A stretch of DNA of 64,000 nt from Camelus ferus (taxonomy: Eukaryota): contig NC_045697.1 of assembly GCF_009834535.1 (NCBI RefSeq), positions 25,608,001-25,672,000 of the forward strand, given 5' to 3'. Each line of letters starts with the position of its first letter. The stretch's first letter is position 1. Of this stretch, positions 13,930 through 25,879 are shown piece after piece. The translations under genes and the position numbers were made by a program. The notes below the pieces were generated by a model. The model saw only the letters and a list, made by a program, of their open reading frames with translations, was not told where the DNA came from and ran no database searches.

Positions 13930-14538
13930 TGTTGCCAGTGATTAGATTCTTGTCTCTTCACGAAAAGAATTCAGAGATGAGACACGGAGGTCAAGAAAGT
14001 AAAGTGAGGATTTATTAAAGGATAAATATATGCTCTCAAGGAGAGAGCAGTCAGGTTCAGGTGAGCAGCTGCACCGAGCTTCTTTGGTAAGTTAGCTACA
14101 TGGAGGGTAAAAATGAACAGGCAGAATATTCACTGTGGAGGGAAGGGTTTGGGGTTGTATTCCTTGATTTTCAGCTCCACCTTCACAAGGGGAGGAGGGA
14201 TTTTTGCCTTTATTTAGTCTGAATTGGAAATGTCATGGTGGCAGTGCATGATGGGTATTTCTAATCTGCAAGTCCAATTTTATTGTAATGAGGACATAAA
14301 AGAGCAGAAGGTTACATTGGACACTGGAGATTCCTGCCTTTTCCCACCTTTCTTTGCCTGCCTCCAGGACACTTGTCATCTTAAAATGTGTGATATCTTA
14401 CCAGTCCCAAGGTTCCTGCTTTTCTCTGACTGCCCAAGGACACCCTCCCCCACGTTGTTCACATGATGTATGGTTTTCTGCCTTTTGGCCAGTGTCCCCC
14501 TTCCTCTTCTCATATCTAGCTATCTATCTGCTCTGTTA
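13930..14538 (-). mobile_element. ERV1-class solo LTR (lineage-specific), copy 1
   Basis: TG start, degenerate CA end, 4-bp TSD ttgg (13926-13929 / 14539-14542), minus-strand AATAAA at 14011-14016; homologous to 55222-55806. Confidence 0.85.
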
Positions 14539-14852
14539 TTGGTAGAAATCTTAGAATATTGACGGTTGATGTTTATCTAATCATAGATATAGATATACCT
14601 ATATGGTAACCAACTCCTATATTAAAGAGACTTACAATGAATTAGAAATCATTTTTTAATTTATTAGTTGCCTAATTAATTACCCTATGTTATATGCTGT
14701 ACTTTATGTTGGATATACAATGGTTTCCAAAACAATCATGAGACAAAACTTTATAATTCATCATCTTGTTTTCTCCACATTTATGATGGGTCATTCAGCC
14801 AACCACTGAATTATAACTTGTCTTGTGAAAACAAATGGATTAATAAGCTACA

Positions 14853-15314
14853 TGTTCTTAAAAAACAAAGTTCAACTGAGTAAATTTGAAAATCTAATTG
14901 GCTTTATTCAGCAGTTCATGACTCAGGCAGCATTTCATCTAGCAATTAGTAGAATGCTTGGGTAGACTCATACACAATGGGTGGGTTTTATAGGGAGAAG
15001 GGTGAGGTGAAGGAGCTATTAGCAAAAGAAAAGAAAGGATTATTTTTAGGTCAGGACACCCTCATGTCTGTGGAAAGAGAATTGCAAGCATTTTATCATG
15101 CAAATTTCCTCTTCTTTCTCATTGGTGGAGGGGGAATTAGAGAGGATCCACGTGATAGATTACCGCACTGGTGCTGACCAGAAAATTCCTAGTTAATTAT
15201 GACCTTCTGAGGAAGGTTGAAGCAACAGTTAGGTTAAGTATTAAATCTAGGTTTGGTGTCATGGACTTTAGAACAAATGACACCATTTGGGGCTTGTGGT
15301 TTTTCTCTTTAAGA
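14853..15314 (-). mobile_element. ERV1-like solo LTR, older family
   Basis: Minus strand begins 't(c/g)ttaaagagaaaaccacaagccccaaatggtgtca', recalled as an LTR-start pattern; minus-strand TATAAAA (~14986-14992) and AATAAA (~14903-14908). Confidence 0.65.
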
Positions 15315-15468
15315 ATATTTTATGCTACTAATACTTACTCAGAATTATACTTGTATTATTTAAATTAATGATTTCATTGTTTATTTCTTATCACAATGGA
15401 TTTAAATGAGGGCTGCATCTGAAAAGCATGAAGATAGCGAGCATGCCAAAAATATATATAAATGATAT

Positions 15469-15920
15469 TGTTACGGAAACGACAGGCCAGTCAAGAAACA
15501 AGCACCACTCGGAGGGTTGGAGTACTCAGATGTATTACGCCGGTGGGCTCAGAGGGGCTTCTGCTCCGAAGCTCTGAGCACCTTCAAGATGGGCACATGA
15601 GGTTTTATAGGGTAAAGTACAAGCTTGGGGTATTTGGCCGGTAGGCATGGAACAGCTTTAGCAGCATTATCATCACAAAAGTGGAGGCAGGGAGGCAGCA
15701 AACCAACATTCCAAAGCCAGATATGTATCTTTGAAAATCCAGCTGGCTAGCAAAAAACATAAACAGCAAACCAACACTAATTAACTTAGATTTACAAGTT
15801 AGTCCAGCAGAACTCAGATCAGTATTCCAATACTTAGACTTGTTAGCCCAGCCCAGCCTCTCCTTCACATTCCTAGACTTATGAGTTATCTTGTCAGACC
15901 AGCCCAGCTTTTCCTTCACA
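15469..15920 (-). mobile_element. Young ERV1 (gammaretrovirus-like) solo LTR
   Basis: Exact TG...CA termini, 4-bp TSD atat (15465-15468 / 15921-15924), retained CpGs, minus-strand TATAAAA at 15603-15609. Confidence 0.9.
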
Positions 15921-17124
15921 ATATTAGAGTCAGCTAAGGATTTTAATTAACATAAGAAGAGATTTGTATATAGATTTTTTTTATGTCCAGTAGTTTTCCA
16001 GAAAGAACAAATGTGCGAGAAAGTCATTTCTCCAATTATATGTTAATAGCTTTTCATGTGACTTGTTTGTTGGAGGTGGGGGAAATGTAATTGCATGAAA
16101 CTCAGAACTGAATTTCAAAATATCTAGAATCAAAAACCCAGAGGAGCAGAAGGAGTTTCACCTTAATAGCATGAAGCTATGTATAGTATCTGGATATTAT
16201 TATTGTAAATATACACATATACAAATATATGCTTATAAAGTATACTTTCTTTTTGATAATTTTAAATGTTTAAAAGACTGTGATGGACACGATCCAAAAG
16301 CCCTGTTACTGTACACCAGGTAGGGAAAGTTCTGTAGTAAGGGGTGGTTAAACTCCTCTAAAGCAAGCTTCAGCAGGACAATGTCCTTTTGGTGTTTTAT
16401 GTACACAAAAACCTTCCTACACACAAACAAATACAGAAATCTCCATTGTAATAGCCAAACACCCCATTTATAAAAATGAAAAAGCTGAGCATGAAAATCC
16501 GGAGATTTATCCAGTCCCTGGTTAATTTATTGAACTCGATACCACTTTCCTCAGTGTATTTCAGGGCAAAGCTTTACAACTGGGTTTCCTGAATGGCCTA
16601 TTTTACTTGCCAAAGGAAGTAAAAATGGAAGGTATATTTGTCTCCTTGAAAAGGTTATGAAACTCTTTTGTAAAAACTTTCCCTCTGGGGCTTTCCAAAA
16701 ACAACTGGGCCAATTCGATGTCAAAACACAATGAACAAAACATACAAGAAGAGCAGACTTTTTGAACCAGCTGCTGGACTACCTGCAGCTCTTCTTAACA
16801 AGCGGGCCAATTCCACCTGGAACCAGAATGAACACAAGATATAAAAAGACCAAAATGGTTTGAACAAGCAGCTGTTTTAACTGCAACAATTAATCTTTCC
16901 TGGCAATCTGTTAGAGACACCCGAACAGAACTAAGAACATTTTTGCTGACTCTGCCTCTGGGATGTGCTCAGTAAAGGTTCTTTCCACACATCTGAGAAA
17001 TGTCAGTTATCTACTTACACAGCATAGAAACATAGTGCCTTTTATTTCAATTTAGATGTAAAGAATGCAATATTAATGGTCAGCCTCACACGAGGAATAC
17101 AAACTCATTTGTTGTTGACATCTT

Positions 17125-17425
17125 TTTTTTTTTAAGTGGAACAGTTTCACATTTTATGTTTAGTTTATTATTGAAGTATAGTCAGTTCACAATGTTGTGT
17201 CAATTTCTGATCTACAGCATAGTGTTTCAGTCATACACATACACACATGTATTCCTTTTCATAGTATTTTTCATTATAGGTTACTATAAGATATTGAATA
17301 TAGTTCCCTGTGCTATACAGAAACTTGTGGTTTATCTGTTTTATATAGAGTAGTTAGTTTCTGCAAATCTTGACCTCCCATTTTATCCCTTCCCACCCCC
17401 TTTCCTCCCCAGGTAACCATGAGTT
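17125..17425 (-). mobile_element. 5'-truncated L1 3' UTR (artiodactyl/camelid type)
   Basis: 'attgaagtatagtcagttcacaatgttgtg' L1 3' end, poly(T), TSD ttgtt(g/t)acatctt (17112-17124 / 17426-17438), TCTT/AA endonuclease-like site. Confidence 0.9.
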
Positions 17426-17579
17426 TTGTTTACATCTTAATTTCACCAACAAGATATTTGAGATATTTTTAAGTTTGCTAGCAATAACACTAACGAAAAT
17501 AAAACCTATATTTGAAACAATACATGCCATAATGTAGTCTATAATTTAATTTAAAGATCAAAGACTATATATAGAATGA

Positions 17580-17790
17580 CACATGAGTAAGCTCATTGTG
17601 TCAGCCACAATTCTAAGTGATGTACAGATGTTATCTCAAGTAATCAAACACTTGAAGAAGTAGGGACCAGAGACTTGAGGCACTGAGAAGGAAAGGAATT
17701 TATCCATGACTACATAATTCACAGCTGGCAGAGCTGGGATCCTAAGACATACTGCCTGAATACAGGGATCATGTTCTTGGTAACAGTGCA
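17580..17790 (-). mobile_element. MIR SINE fragment
   Basis: 'acttgaggcactgagaaggaaaggaatttatccatgactacata...ggcagagctgggat'. Confidence 0.65.
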
Positions 17791-18608
17791 GCCGGATGAA
17801 CATCCACTGGAAACATTTCCTTCAAAGAATTAAAGACTGAAATATGAACAACTGCTGTGAATTTCATATTGTTTATAAGCTAGATCTTTCCATATGAACT
17901 ATGGTTTTGAATTTATTTCTGCATTATATTGTGCCAAATATAAAAATCATTTATAGCAAATTTAAAATACTAATGGTATGAAACAATTCTCCAACCATAC
18001 TAAGTGCTCTAGAAGTTTATGACAATTAATGTATGAAATGGACAATTTGACTGCTACTGCTCTCCATTTTTCAGATTCAAGCTGTTGTGATATGTTCATA
18101 ATATGTACAGGCAATCTAGTGGTAGTCTAAATTGTTCAACTTGTGAAATATAATTTTTTAATCAACTCATTTCACCACAGTCAGATTCTACATAGTGCTT
18201 TGGGTAGACATATATGAAAGTAATTTTTTTTTCACCCTAAGAGGCCAAACAGCTTGTTTGATGAAAGCCAGATATGAAGTCCTGATTCACTTATACATGC
18301 AATTATGACCTTTACATAAAATAGCAACACTATTGTGATAGTTTAAAAAGTATGTACACAGATTTCATAGAAAGGACAATTCTGACAAAAATCTCTCAAT
18401 TTTAGGCAGATTTTAATATATTTCTCAGTTTTGTATAAATGAGGCAGTTATATCAATGATCAGTAATATCCAAATAAGTCATAAAACACTCTGATCCCAG
18501 AAAAACTTATTGTCTCCTGGAGTTTCTTTATTAGATCAGTTTCATTGAGAGAGAATTTTGTCTGATGGGAACCCATCTATTTCTGTACAGTCTAAAGATC
18601 TCAGGCTC

Positions 18609-19432
18609 ATCATTCAAAATTCCACAAATGACAAATACTAGAGAGGCTGTGGAGAAAAGGGAACCCCCCTACACTGCTGGTGGGAATGCAGTTTGGTGCA
18701 GCCACTGTGGAAAACAGTATGGAGATTCCTCAAAATACTAGGAATAGACTTACCTTATGACCCAGGAATCCCACTCCTGGGCATATATCCAGAAGGAACC
18801 CTATTTAAAAATGACACCTGCACCCCAGTGTTCATAGCAGCACTATTTATAATAACCAAGACATGGAAGCAGCCTAAATGTCCATCAACAGATGACTAGA
18901 TAACGAAGAGGTGGTATATTTATACAATGGAATACTATTCAGCCATAAAAATGACAACAGAACACCATTTGCAGCAACGTGGATGTCCCTGGAGAATGTC
19001 ATTCTAAGTGAAGTAAGCCAGAAAGAGAAAGAAAAATACCATATGAGATCACTCATATGTGGAATCTAAAAGCAAACAAACAAACAAACAAACCATAAAT
19101 ACAAAACAGAAACAGACTCATAGACATAGAATACAAACTTGTGGTTGCCAAGGGGGAGAGGCATGGGAAGGGACAGACTGGGATTTCAGACTGGGATTTC
19201 AAAATTTGTAGATACTGACAGGCATATGTAGAACAGATAAATAAGATTATACTGTATATTATATAGGGAAATACATACAAGATCTTGTAGCTCACAGCGG
19301 GAAAAAAAAGTGACAATGAATATATGTATGTTCATGTATAACTGAAAAAATGTGCTCTACACTGGAATTTAACACAACATTGTAAAATGACTATAACTCA
19401 ATAAAAAATGTTAAAAAAATAAAAATAAAAAT
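18609..19432 (+). mobile_element. Young 5'-truncated LINE-1 (ORF2 C-terminus + 3' UTR + poly A)
   Basis: Frame reads [41 protein letters not shown] (L1 ORF2 Cys-rich end); A-rich tail; TSD aaagatctcag(g/a)ctc (18594-18608 / 19433-19447). Confidence 0.95.
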
Positions 19433-19447
19433 AAAGATCTCAGACTC

Positions 19448-19620
19448 TAAAGACAGACAAAGCTAGGTTTGAACTCAAGCTTTGGAAGAATTTAGCTTTG
19501 TAACCTAGAACATGAAGCTACTGCTCTTGAATTCACACTTGGTTTATGGGGATGATAATAAAATCCATCTCATACAATTATTATGAGTATGTATTAATTG
19601 TGATATTATAAAAAATACCT
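19448..19620 (+). mobile_element. MIR fragment (host of the L1 insertion)
   Basis: 'agacaaagctaggtttgaactcaagct...ggggatgataata...ctcatacaattattatgag' resembles MIR. Confidence 0.5.
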
Positions 19621-19655
19621 TCATGTCAGAGACAAACACAATATATTCATCCTGC

Positions 19656-19742
19656 CAAGGTGACCAACCACCCCAGTTTGCCCAAGATCACCCTAGTGCC
19701 ATGAAATCCCGCCATCCCAAACCAGGACATCTGGTCACCATA
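19656..19742. mobile_element. MER81-like hAT-Blackjack MITE
   Basis: Terminal inverted repeats ggtgacca ... tggtcacc with internal 'cccagtttgccc' / 'aaaccaggac'. Confidence 0.75.
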
Positions 19743-20444
19743 CACTACTCATACAAATATACATTGCATATATGTATCTTCAGACTTTTTGGGAACACAA
19801 CTAAACATTTTTTTAACTACAGATAGGAAGATAGATAAATAGATAAATTATCAATATACAGAGCCTTAATTACCTAAAATTTAACTGTCCTAGAATTTCA
19901 ACAGACTGTAACATTAAAGATCATGGAGAAAAAAAGACTTAGCAAGTAAAACAGATGCCTCCAATGTCACGAATACAGTGGCTTACTCATATGAGAAGTG
20001 ACCAGTCTCAAATTCTACAATTATTCCACAAAACAATCCTATCAAGTCTTGTTATTGGCTTTGCAAATTAATAGCAGAATAGAAACAAAATCGTAAGATG
20101 AAGAAGAAAGTCTGCTATGGACAGTCACACTCAGAATTGAATTTCTGAGTCTTCCTAAATGGCAGTCACCTTCTAACTAAAAGTTCAAGGCCCTCATAAA
20201 AATGATTACAATTAAGGATGCAACAATAGGTGGACTTCATTCATACAGTTTAAATTATGAGCTGGCACCTGAGAAGAATAGAGAAACACAAGCAAACATG
20301 AGCACATCTAGTATCATTTATTGAAGGAGTCAGTAGGGGAAAGACAAGGTGGAATGTGTTGCCTCAAAGCACAGCAAACAGAAAGAGAAAGTTGACAATA
20401 TGAAGTATTATATTGACCTTTTCCTGTAGTATTATTACAGAAGG

Positions 20445-21960
20445 ATTTATTTATCCATCTAGCAAGGATTTATTGAGTCCTGTCATATTCTAGGAATACA
20501 ATATTAAAGAAGACAGATAACGTACCTGTTCATTCTACCCAAAAAGGACAAACATATTAATGAACAAAATAATATTGAACAGTGAAAACTGCTGTAGAAG
20601 AAATAAGGTAATTCGATCAAGAATGACTCGAAGGGCACTTAACATGGGATGGTCGGGGTGGGTCTCTCCAGAGACATGTCCCTTGAGCTGAGATCTAAAT
20701 GAGGAGAAGCAACTTGTCATAGAAAGAGCCTGAGAAGCTTCCTGGTCCAGGAAAAGACAAGGCTAAAGGCCTGGAGGAAATAAGTTTTGTTCTGTGGAAG
20801 AGGAGCAGAGAAGAGACCGCTGTGGAGTGGAGTGGCCTCTTGGCGTGTAGTGATGAGGGCTGCAGTCAAGTAGATAGAGATGAGGTCTTGAAGGCTGTGG
20901 GACCAGGATAAGGTTGCTCTATAACATTAGAGGAAGGTTCTAAGCAGAGGACTAACCTGATCTATTCTACATGTGTATTAATTTACGAGAGCTGCTGCAA
21001 CCAAGTACTACAAACTGAGCTGTAAAACAACAGAAATGTATGCTCTCACAGTTTTAGAGGCTTGACATCTGAATCAAGGTGTTTACCATGCGGCGTTCTC
21101 TCCAAAGCCTTTGGAGGAGGGTGCTTCCTTGCTCCTTCCAGGCATTTCTGGTTATCCGCAGGCACTTCTTGGCTTGTGATAGTGTAACTCCAATCTCTAC
21201 TTTGATCTTACACATTCTTCCTGTATGTCTTGCCTTTATAGGGCCATCCACTTATGGGAATGCTAGTCATCTTAACTGCTTATATCTGCACTGACCCTGT
21301 TTCCACACAAGGTCACATTTGGAAGTACTGGAGGTTAAGACCTTAACATATCATTTTGGAAGAACACAGTTTGACCTATAATGACATGGATAAGAGATCA
21401 CTCTTGCCCCTCTCTTGCAAAAGGACGATAAAGTGGCAAGAGTGAAAGGGGACCAGTTAGGAAGTCCTTGCCATAGTTAAGGTAAGAGTAAATTTGTATC
21501 TTGTTCTAAGTTATTAGCAGGGAAGACTGAGAGAAGATACTGTTGGGGGGCGTCAATGGACCAGCTTGTGAATTAAATGTGAAGGATGAGCAAAGAAAAA
21601 TTCAGTTATAACTTTGGCATTTTTAATGTTAACAGTGGAAGAGATGAATGGTGGCATTAATTGAAATGGGAAATATTGGCAAAATAACAAAGAACAAATT
21701 TGGGGTACAGGAGGAAGTGTATGTGTGTTTAATGTGTTAAGTTTGACACATCAGATCTTCAAGTGGGGGTACCTGATATATCAGTCAGAAGCTCAACAGA
21801 GAGTTATGTAAGTGAGTTTTTCAGTCATATGTGAACGTAATAATACAACATGAGTAATAATATAATACAATTAATTAGTATTAATCCAGGTAATGGCCTG
21901 GATAAGAAACCACAAAGAAGGAGGCCAGGACTGAGTACTGAGGAATTTCAACAATCTAAA
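20445..21960 (-). mobile_element. L2 LINE fragment, interrupted by an MLT1 LTR
   Basis: Antisense L2 3' end 'atttattgagtcc', 'ttgagctgagatctaaatgaggag'; continues after 21388 with 'ggggaccagttaggaag'. Confidence 0.7.
20974..21383 (-). mobile_element. MLT1B/C-like solo LTR nested in L2
   Basis: 'aaaacaacagaaatgtatgctctcacagtttt', 'aaggtcacatttggaagtactggaggttaagac'; 5-bp TSD acatg (20969-20973 / 21384-21388). Confidence 0.85.
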
Positions 21961-22115
21961 AAGAGGGCTTAAACAAAACTGTTTCTGAAGCATGTCATGA
22001 TAAATGGAATTCTTCAGCAATATAACTGCTAAAAGGAGCTAAAAAGATGAAATATAAATAGAATGCAGATTTCGAATTTCTATGAAATAATGCTGTGTGG
22101 TGGTGGTATTAGTGG

Positions 22116-22116
<1 letters not shown>

Positions 22117-22146
<30 letters not shown>
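22117..22146. repeat. (TG)15 microsatellite
   Basis: Perfect TG run. Confidence 0.95.
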
Positions 22147-22148
<2 letters not shown>

Positions 22149-25100
22149 GGGAGAGTTGTCTAGAAGATTCTGTTCAGTATAAACGGCTTTTCTATGGAGA
22201 TATGAATATACACTTGGTATTAAAAGCTAGGTATAAATAAAAGTCTGTGCAAGTGGCTATTTGTCTTTATTGGTAATCAGGGTGAAAGAAATTAAAGAAA
22301 CTCTCCTGTAATCCATTCACTCTCTTTATTGGGAAGTGGTGGCTTCCAGGGAAAGTCATACAACATAGTCTAATCTCCTCATAAATACACTAATAAATGA
22401 CCTTCCTGGTTGCAGACTAATGATGTTTACTAAGCGAAAGACTCTTAACTACGTACTGCTCTTGTTTTTGGTAAATAAACTCAGAATTTATGGATTTATG
22501 GAAAAATGTCATCTAGGCTGATGTATAAAATGGAAATGTTTCATGAATTAAATGCTCCAGGATGTGTCAGGTAATATTTCACATTCCTCACTTAGAGACT
22601 CATTCATCCTGTTCCCGAGTGCATAGCTGATGCAGTGAAGAGAGGAAATGAGGAGACGCCCTCCACATGCCTGCCCTCTCCCTGCGTTTCTTGTGCCTTT
22701 TGAAAACTGGCATGTTTGAAGTTATTAGTAATGCTTATTACTGGATAAGATTTCTGATTCTTGTGAATCTGATTTGCCAAATTTACTTTTTGTTAGGTAA
22801 GTAATTACTCTCATTCCAAACCTCTCCCGCCTCCTACAAGATAGTTCCCTTAGAGTTTTCTTCACAAAGGCTCTGAAACTGTGGAGTAGAAATGACCCGG
22901 GGGACCTGAGCTGTTTGCTGCAGGACTGCTTAACTTTCAGTAATGGGTACCGCTGCTTGGGGTGAGAAAAACAAGGGTTACAAAATAATTAGTTTGAATA
23001 TTTGAGATCAAAGCTAAGTTTCAACTCTATTTCTACACTATTCTGTGCTATGTATTAGTGTAGAAAAATCTGTAATACATATTGGAAGGAGTCCAAGCTA
23101 GAAATTACTAAAACTATAAAATTGTTTGTGTTTTAGAAGTGAAACTTAAGTTATTAGATAAATTTAAATTTTTTTTCAATATTCATTCTCTGGAGGTCCC
23201 AGATAGTTAAGATTTCATTGTCTGTACATTGAAGACAAATGGTAAGAAATGGCACTCTACATCAATAATTTGGGCATTATTATCTAAAGTACCTGATATA
23301 GAAAGGTGGCATTTTCACAAGGATTGATTTAAACTAATGTTTGTATTCATTTCAAAAGTCCTTCCCCTTTTGCCTTTCTTTAACCTTTCCCACTCATCAC
23401 CTGCCATTTCACCACCCATAGTGATTTGGAAAAGATGGCCTTACCAGCACATCCGAGAACAGAAGCATCAAGTACCCCCTTTGGAATATGTAAAAAAAAA
23501 AAGTATTTGTTTTCTCAATAACTCAAATATTACTTTGAGCATTTATTCCATGTAATAGTAACAGAATAAATGATCACTTCAGTATTTTCAATGTTACTCC
23601 AGACCTCACCCTCTATGATTCTTCTTCTCAGGGTGAATAAAATTAAGGGTGTGTATTCAGTGCTCACTGATGTCTCCTGAAAGCTGGCACATACTGATAC
23701 TGCATGACTCCTGGGTTTTTCTTCCACTGCCTTGCCCTCTTCCACAAAGGGTACAGTCCCATCTCATCTCTGCTGGCACAGGACAAATCCGATATTGCTT
23801 CTGTGGCCTCTTGTCACTTCTGAAAGACTCCTGGGTGCTTGTGTCTGAGATGACAACTAGATGTACCCTGTCCAGCCACTGGGCAAGGGACTGCTCTTCC
23901 AGCCCATTCCACAGAAAGTGGTTTTGGGCTCACTCTCAATGCCCCTGGCACCAGTCAAAGCCAGTTCTCTTCTACTATTGCTGCATGTTGGCAAAAGACA
24001 CCTCTGTTGAGCTACTCTCTACCAGGGATTTGTGAAAGAATTAGGACAAAAGGTATCTCTTCACATTCATTTCCTTAAATACACATTCTAGATCGAAGTC
24101 CCTTCCCAGATATTTCCAGTACTATTGGGTTCTATTATTTCCTCTGATGACACTTCCAGCCCAGTCATAAAATCTTTAATAAGTCTAGGATAGAAAATCC
24201 AACCCATAAATCAGGAAATTTTTTTTTTTTTTATAAAATCTAGTGTTTGCTTTTAAATAACTTTGACGTTTAAAATGTAAATATACTCTAGGAGATCAAA
24301 AAAATCTTTTTTTTCAAATTATTATGAGTTTTAGAAATTTTGAAACACTATTTTAAAATAAAAAGATGATTTTTAGCACCCCTTTATGCTCTGGTGTTCT
24401 GCTAAGGCCACACTTCCCAGATAGCCCTAGATGGTTGGATTGGCATGTGAAAGGTTGGTTAGAATTAAAGAAGTGAAAAAAAAATGGGGAAGAATTATTG
24501 GAATAAGTTATCACATTAGTTTAAATCAAGCAATTCCCCTGCTACAGGGTTGATTCTGGGACAAGAGCAAAGGTAGCCTAGTATTCGAATCTTTTCAAAT
24601 CCCTACATAAAAATAGGAAGAGGAAATAGCAGAATGAAAAGACTCGTGTACCATTCTTAAAACTAAACCAGGTGAAAAGGTATCATTATGAGCTCAAAAA
24701 TACAAGTCACTGTAAAAAAAAAATACTTGCATGTTATCAGCATCTGTACAGGAGAAAGCAGAGGGTAGCACCAAGGTATCTGATGGGGCTGAGAAAGAAA
24801 AGCTCCAAAATAATCGATAGGTCCTCACTAGGGATCATGGTGAGACAGCCTCAAAACAGCAGCTGAAATGGACAGAGGTGGTGCCCAGTCCAGAAGGTGA
24901 GTGCAAGGCATCATTGCAAGATCTGCAAGGGGCTAGAGGACCCATCTATAAACTCCACAGAAGCTGAAAACATCCAGAACTTCTTCTAGGATAAGACCCC
25001 CCATTGAGGAGAAAAAGCTCAAGGTAGAATCAAAATTTAGTTAAAAAGTGATATTAGAAAGTGAAAATCCATATAAAAGAGAGGAAGCGATACAGCCAGG

Positions 25101-25269
25101 AAATCTTAAGAATCAAGTCACCATGCAGTTCTTCACCACACGAACAGAGGAGGATGGTCTGTGAAGGTAGGAAACAACAACAACAACAAAAAGCCCTGAG
25201 CCACACTTTTCTTCTAAAAGTTTAGGAAAACCAATTCAAATAAAATTAAAGAATAGAAAAGTATCAGCA

Positions 25270-25388
25270 AAGGGAATTACAGCTATTACTTTGTAATAAA
25301 CTTTTATAAACTGTAAGAATACTGAATCATCATGTGTATACCTAAAACTAATATAATTCTGTAAATCAAGTATACCTCAATAAAAAGA
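25270..25388 (+). mobile_element. L1 extreme 3' end (L1MA-like)
   Basis: 'tatacctaaaactaatataattctgtaaatcaagtatacctcaataaaaag'. Confidence 0.7.
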
Positions 25389-25389
25389 C

Positions 25390-25635
25390 TGATATGGAGC
25401 GAATTGTTTCCCCTCAAATTTCATATGTGGAAGTACCCCCCACCCCGCCCAGTACCTCAGCAAGTGACCTCATTTGGAGAAAGGATCTTTAGAGAGGTAA
25501 TCAACTTAAAATGAGGTTATTAGGGTGGACACTAACCCAGTATGACCGATGTCCTAATAAAAAGAGGAAATTTAGAGACAGACACACACACATGGGAAAT
25601 GCCATGTGAAGATTTAGAGTTATGATACCACAAGT
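25390..25635 (+). mobile_element. MLT1B-like LTR, 5' half
   Basis: 'gaattgtttcccctcaaatttcatatg...cccagtacctcag...atttggagaaaggatctttagagaggtaatcaacttaaaatgagg'. Confidence 0.8.
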
Positions 25636-25879
25636 GGTAGTTTTTGTAATGTTATTCTAAGATTTCTGTGCATATAATGTGGGATAAAGTTAATGAATAA
25701 TTATGGGATTATTTTAATTCTTTCATCCATTATGTCCTTTAGGGCAAGAATTCTCAGAATGGAAAAAAAAAAAGGAAATATAAATTTAACACAAAGGGTT
25801 AAATTTTAAAAGTTAGGCTTAAATTTAAATTGCAAGTATGACTACTAAATTGGAAGATACAATGTGGGAAAAAATGACA

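Noticed and set aside
18693..18899. 68-aa ORF as a host gene
   Set aside because: It is the C-terminal part of L1 ORF2 in a 5'-truncated copy with a premature stop.
23030..23066. 11-bp perfect inverted repeat (tttctacacta / tagtgtagaaa)
   Set aside because: Short, AT-rich and without further structure; too small to support a call.
23649..24035. Longest ORF in the track (128 aa)
   Set aside because: Non-ATG start, no recognisable domain or convincing splice boundaries; length compatible with chance in 64 kb.
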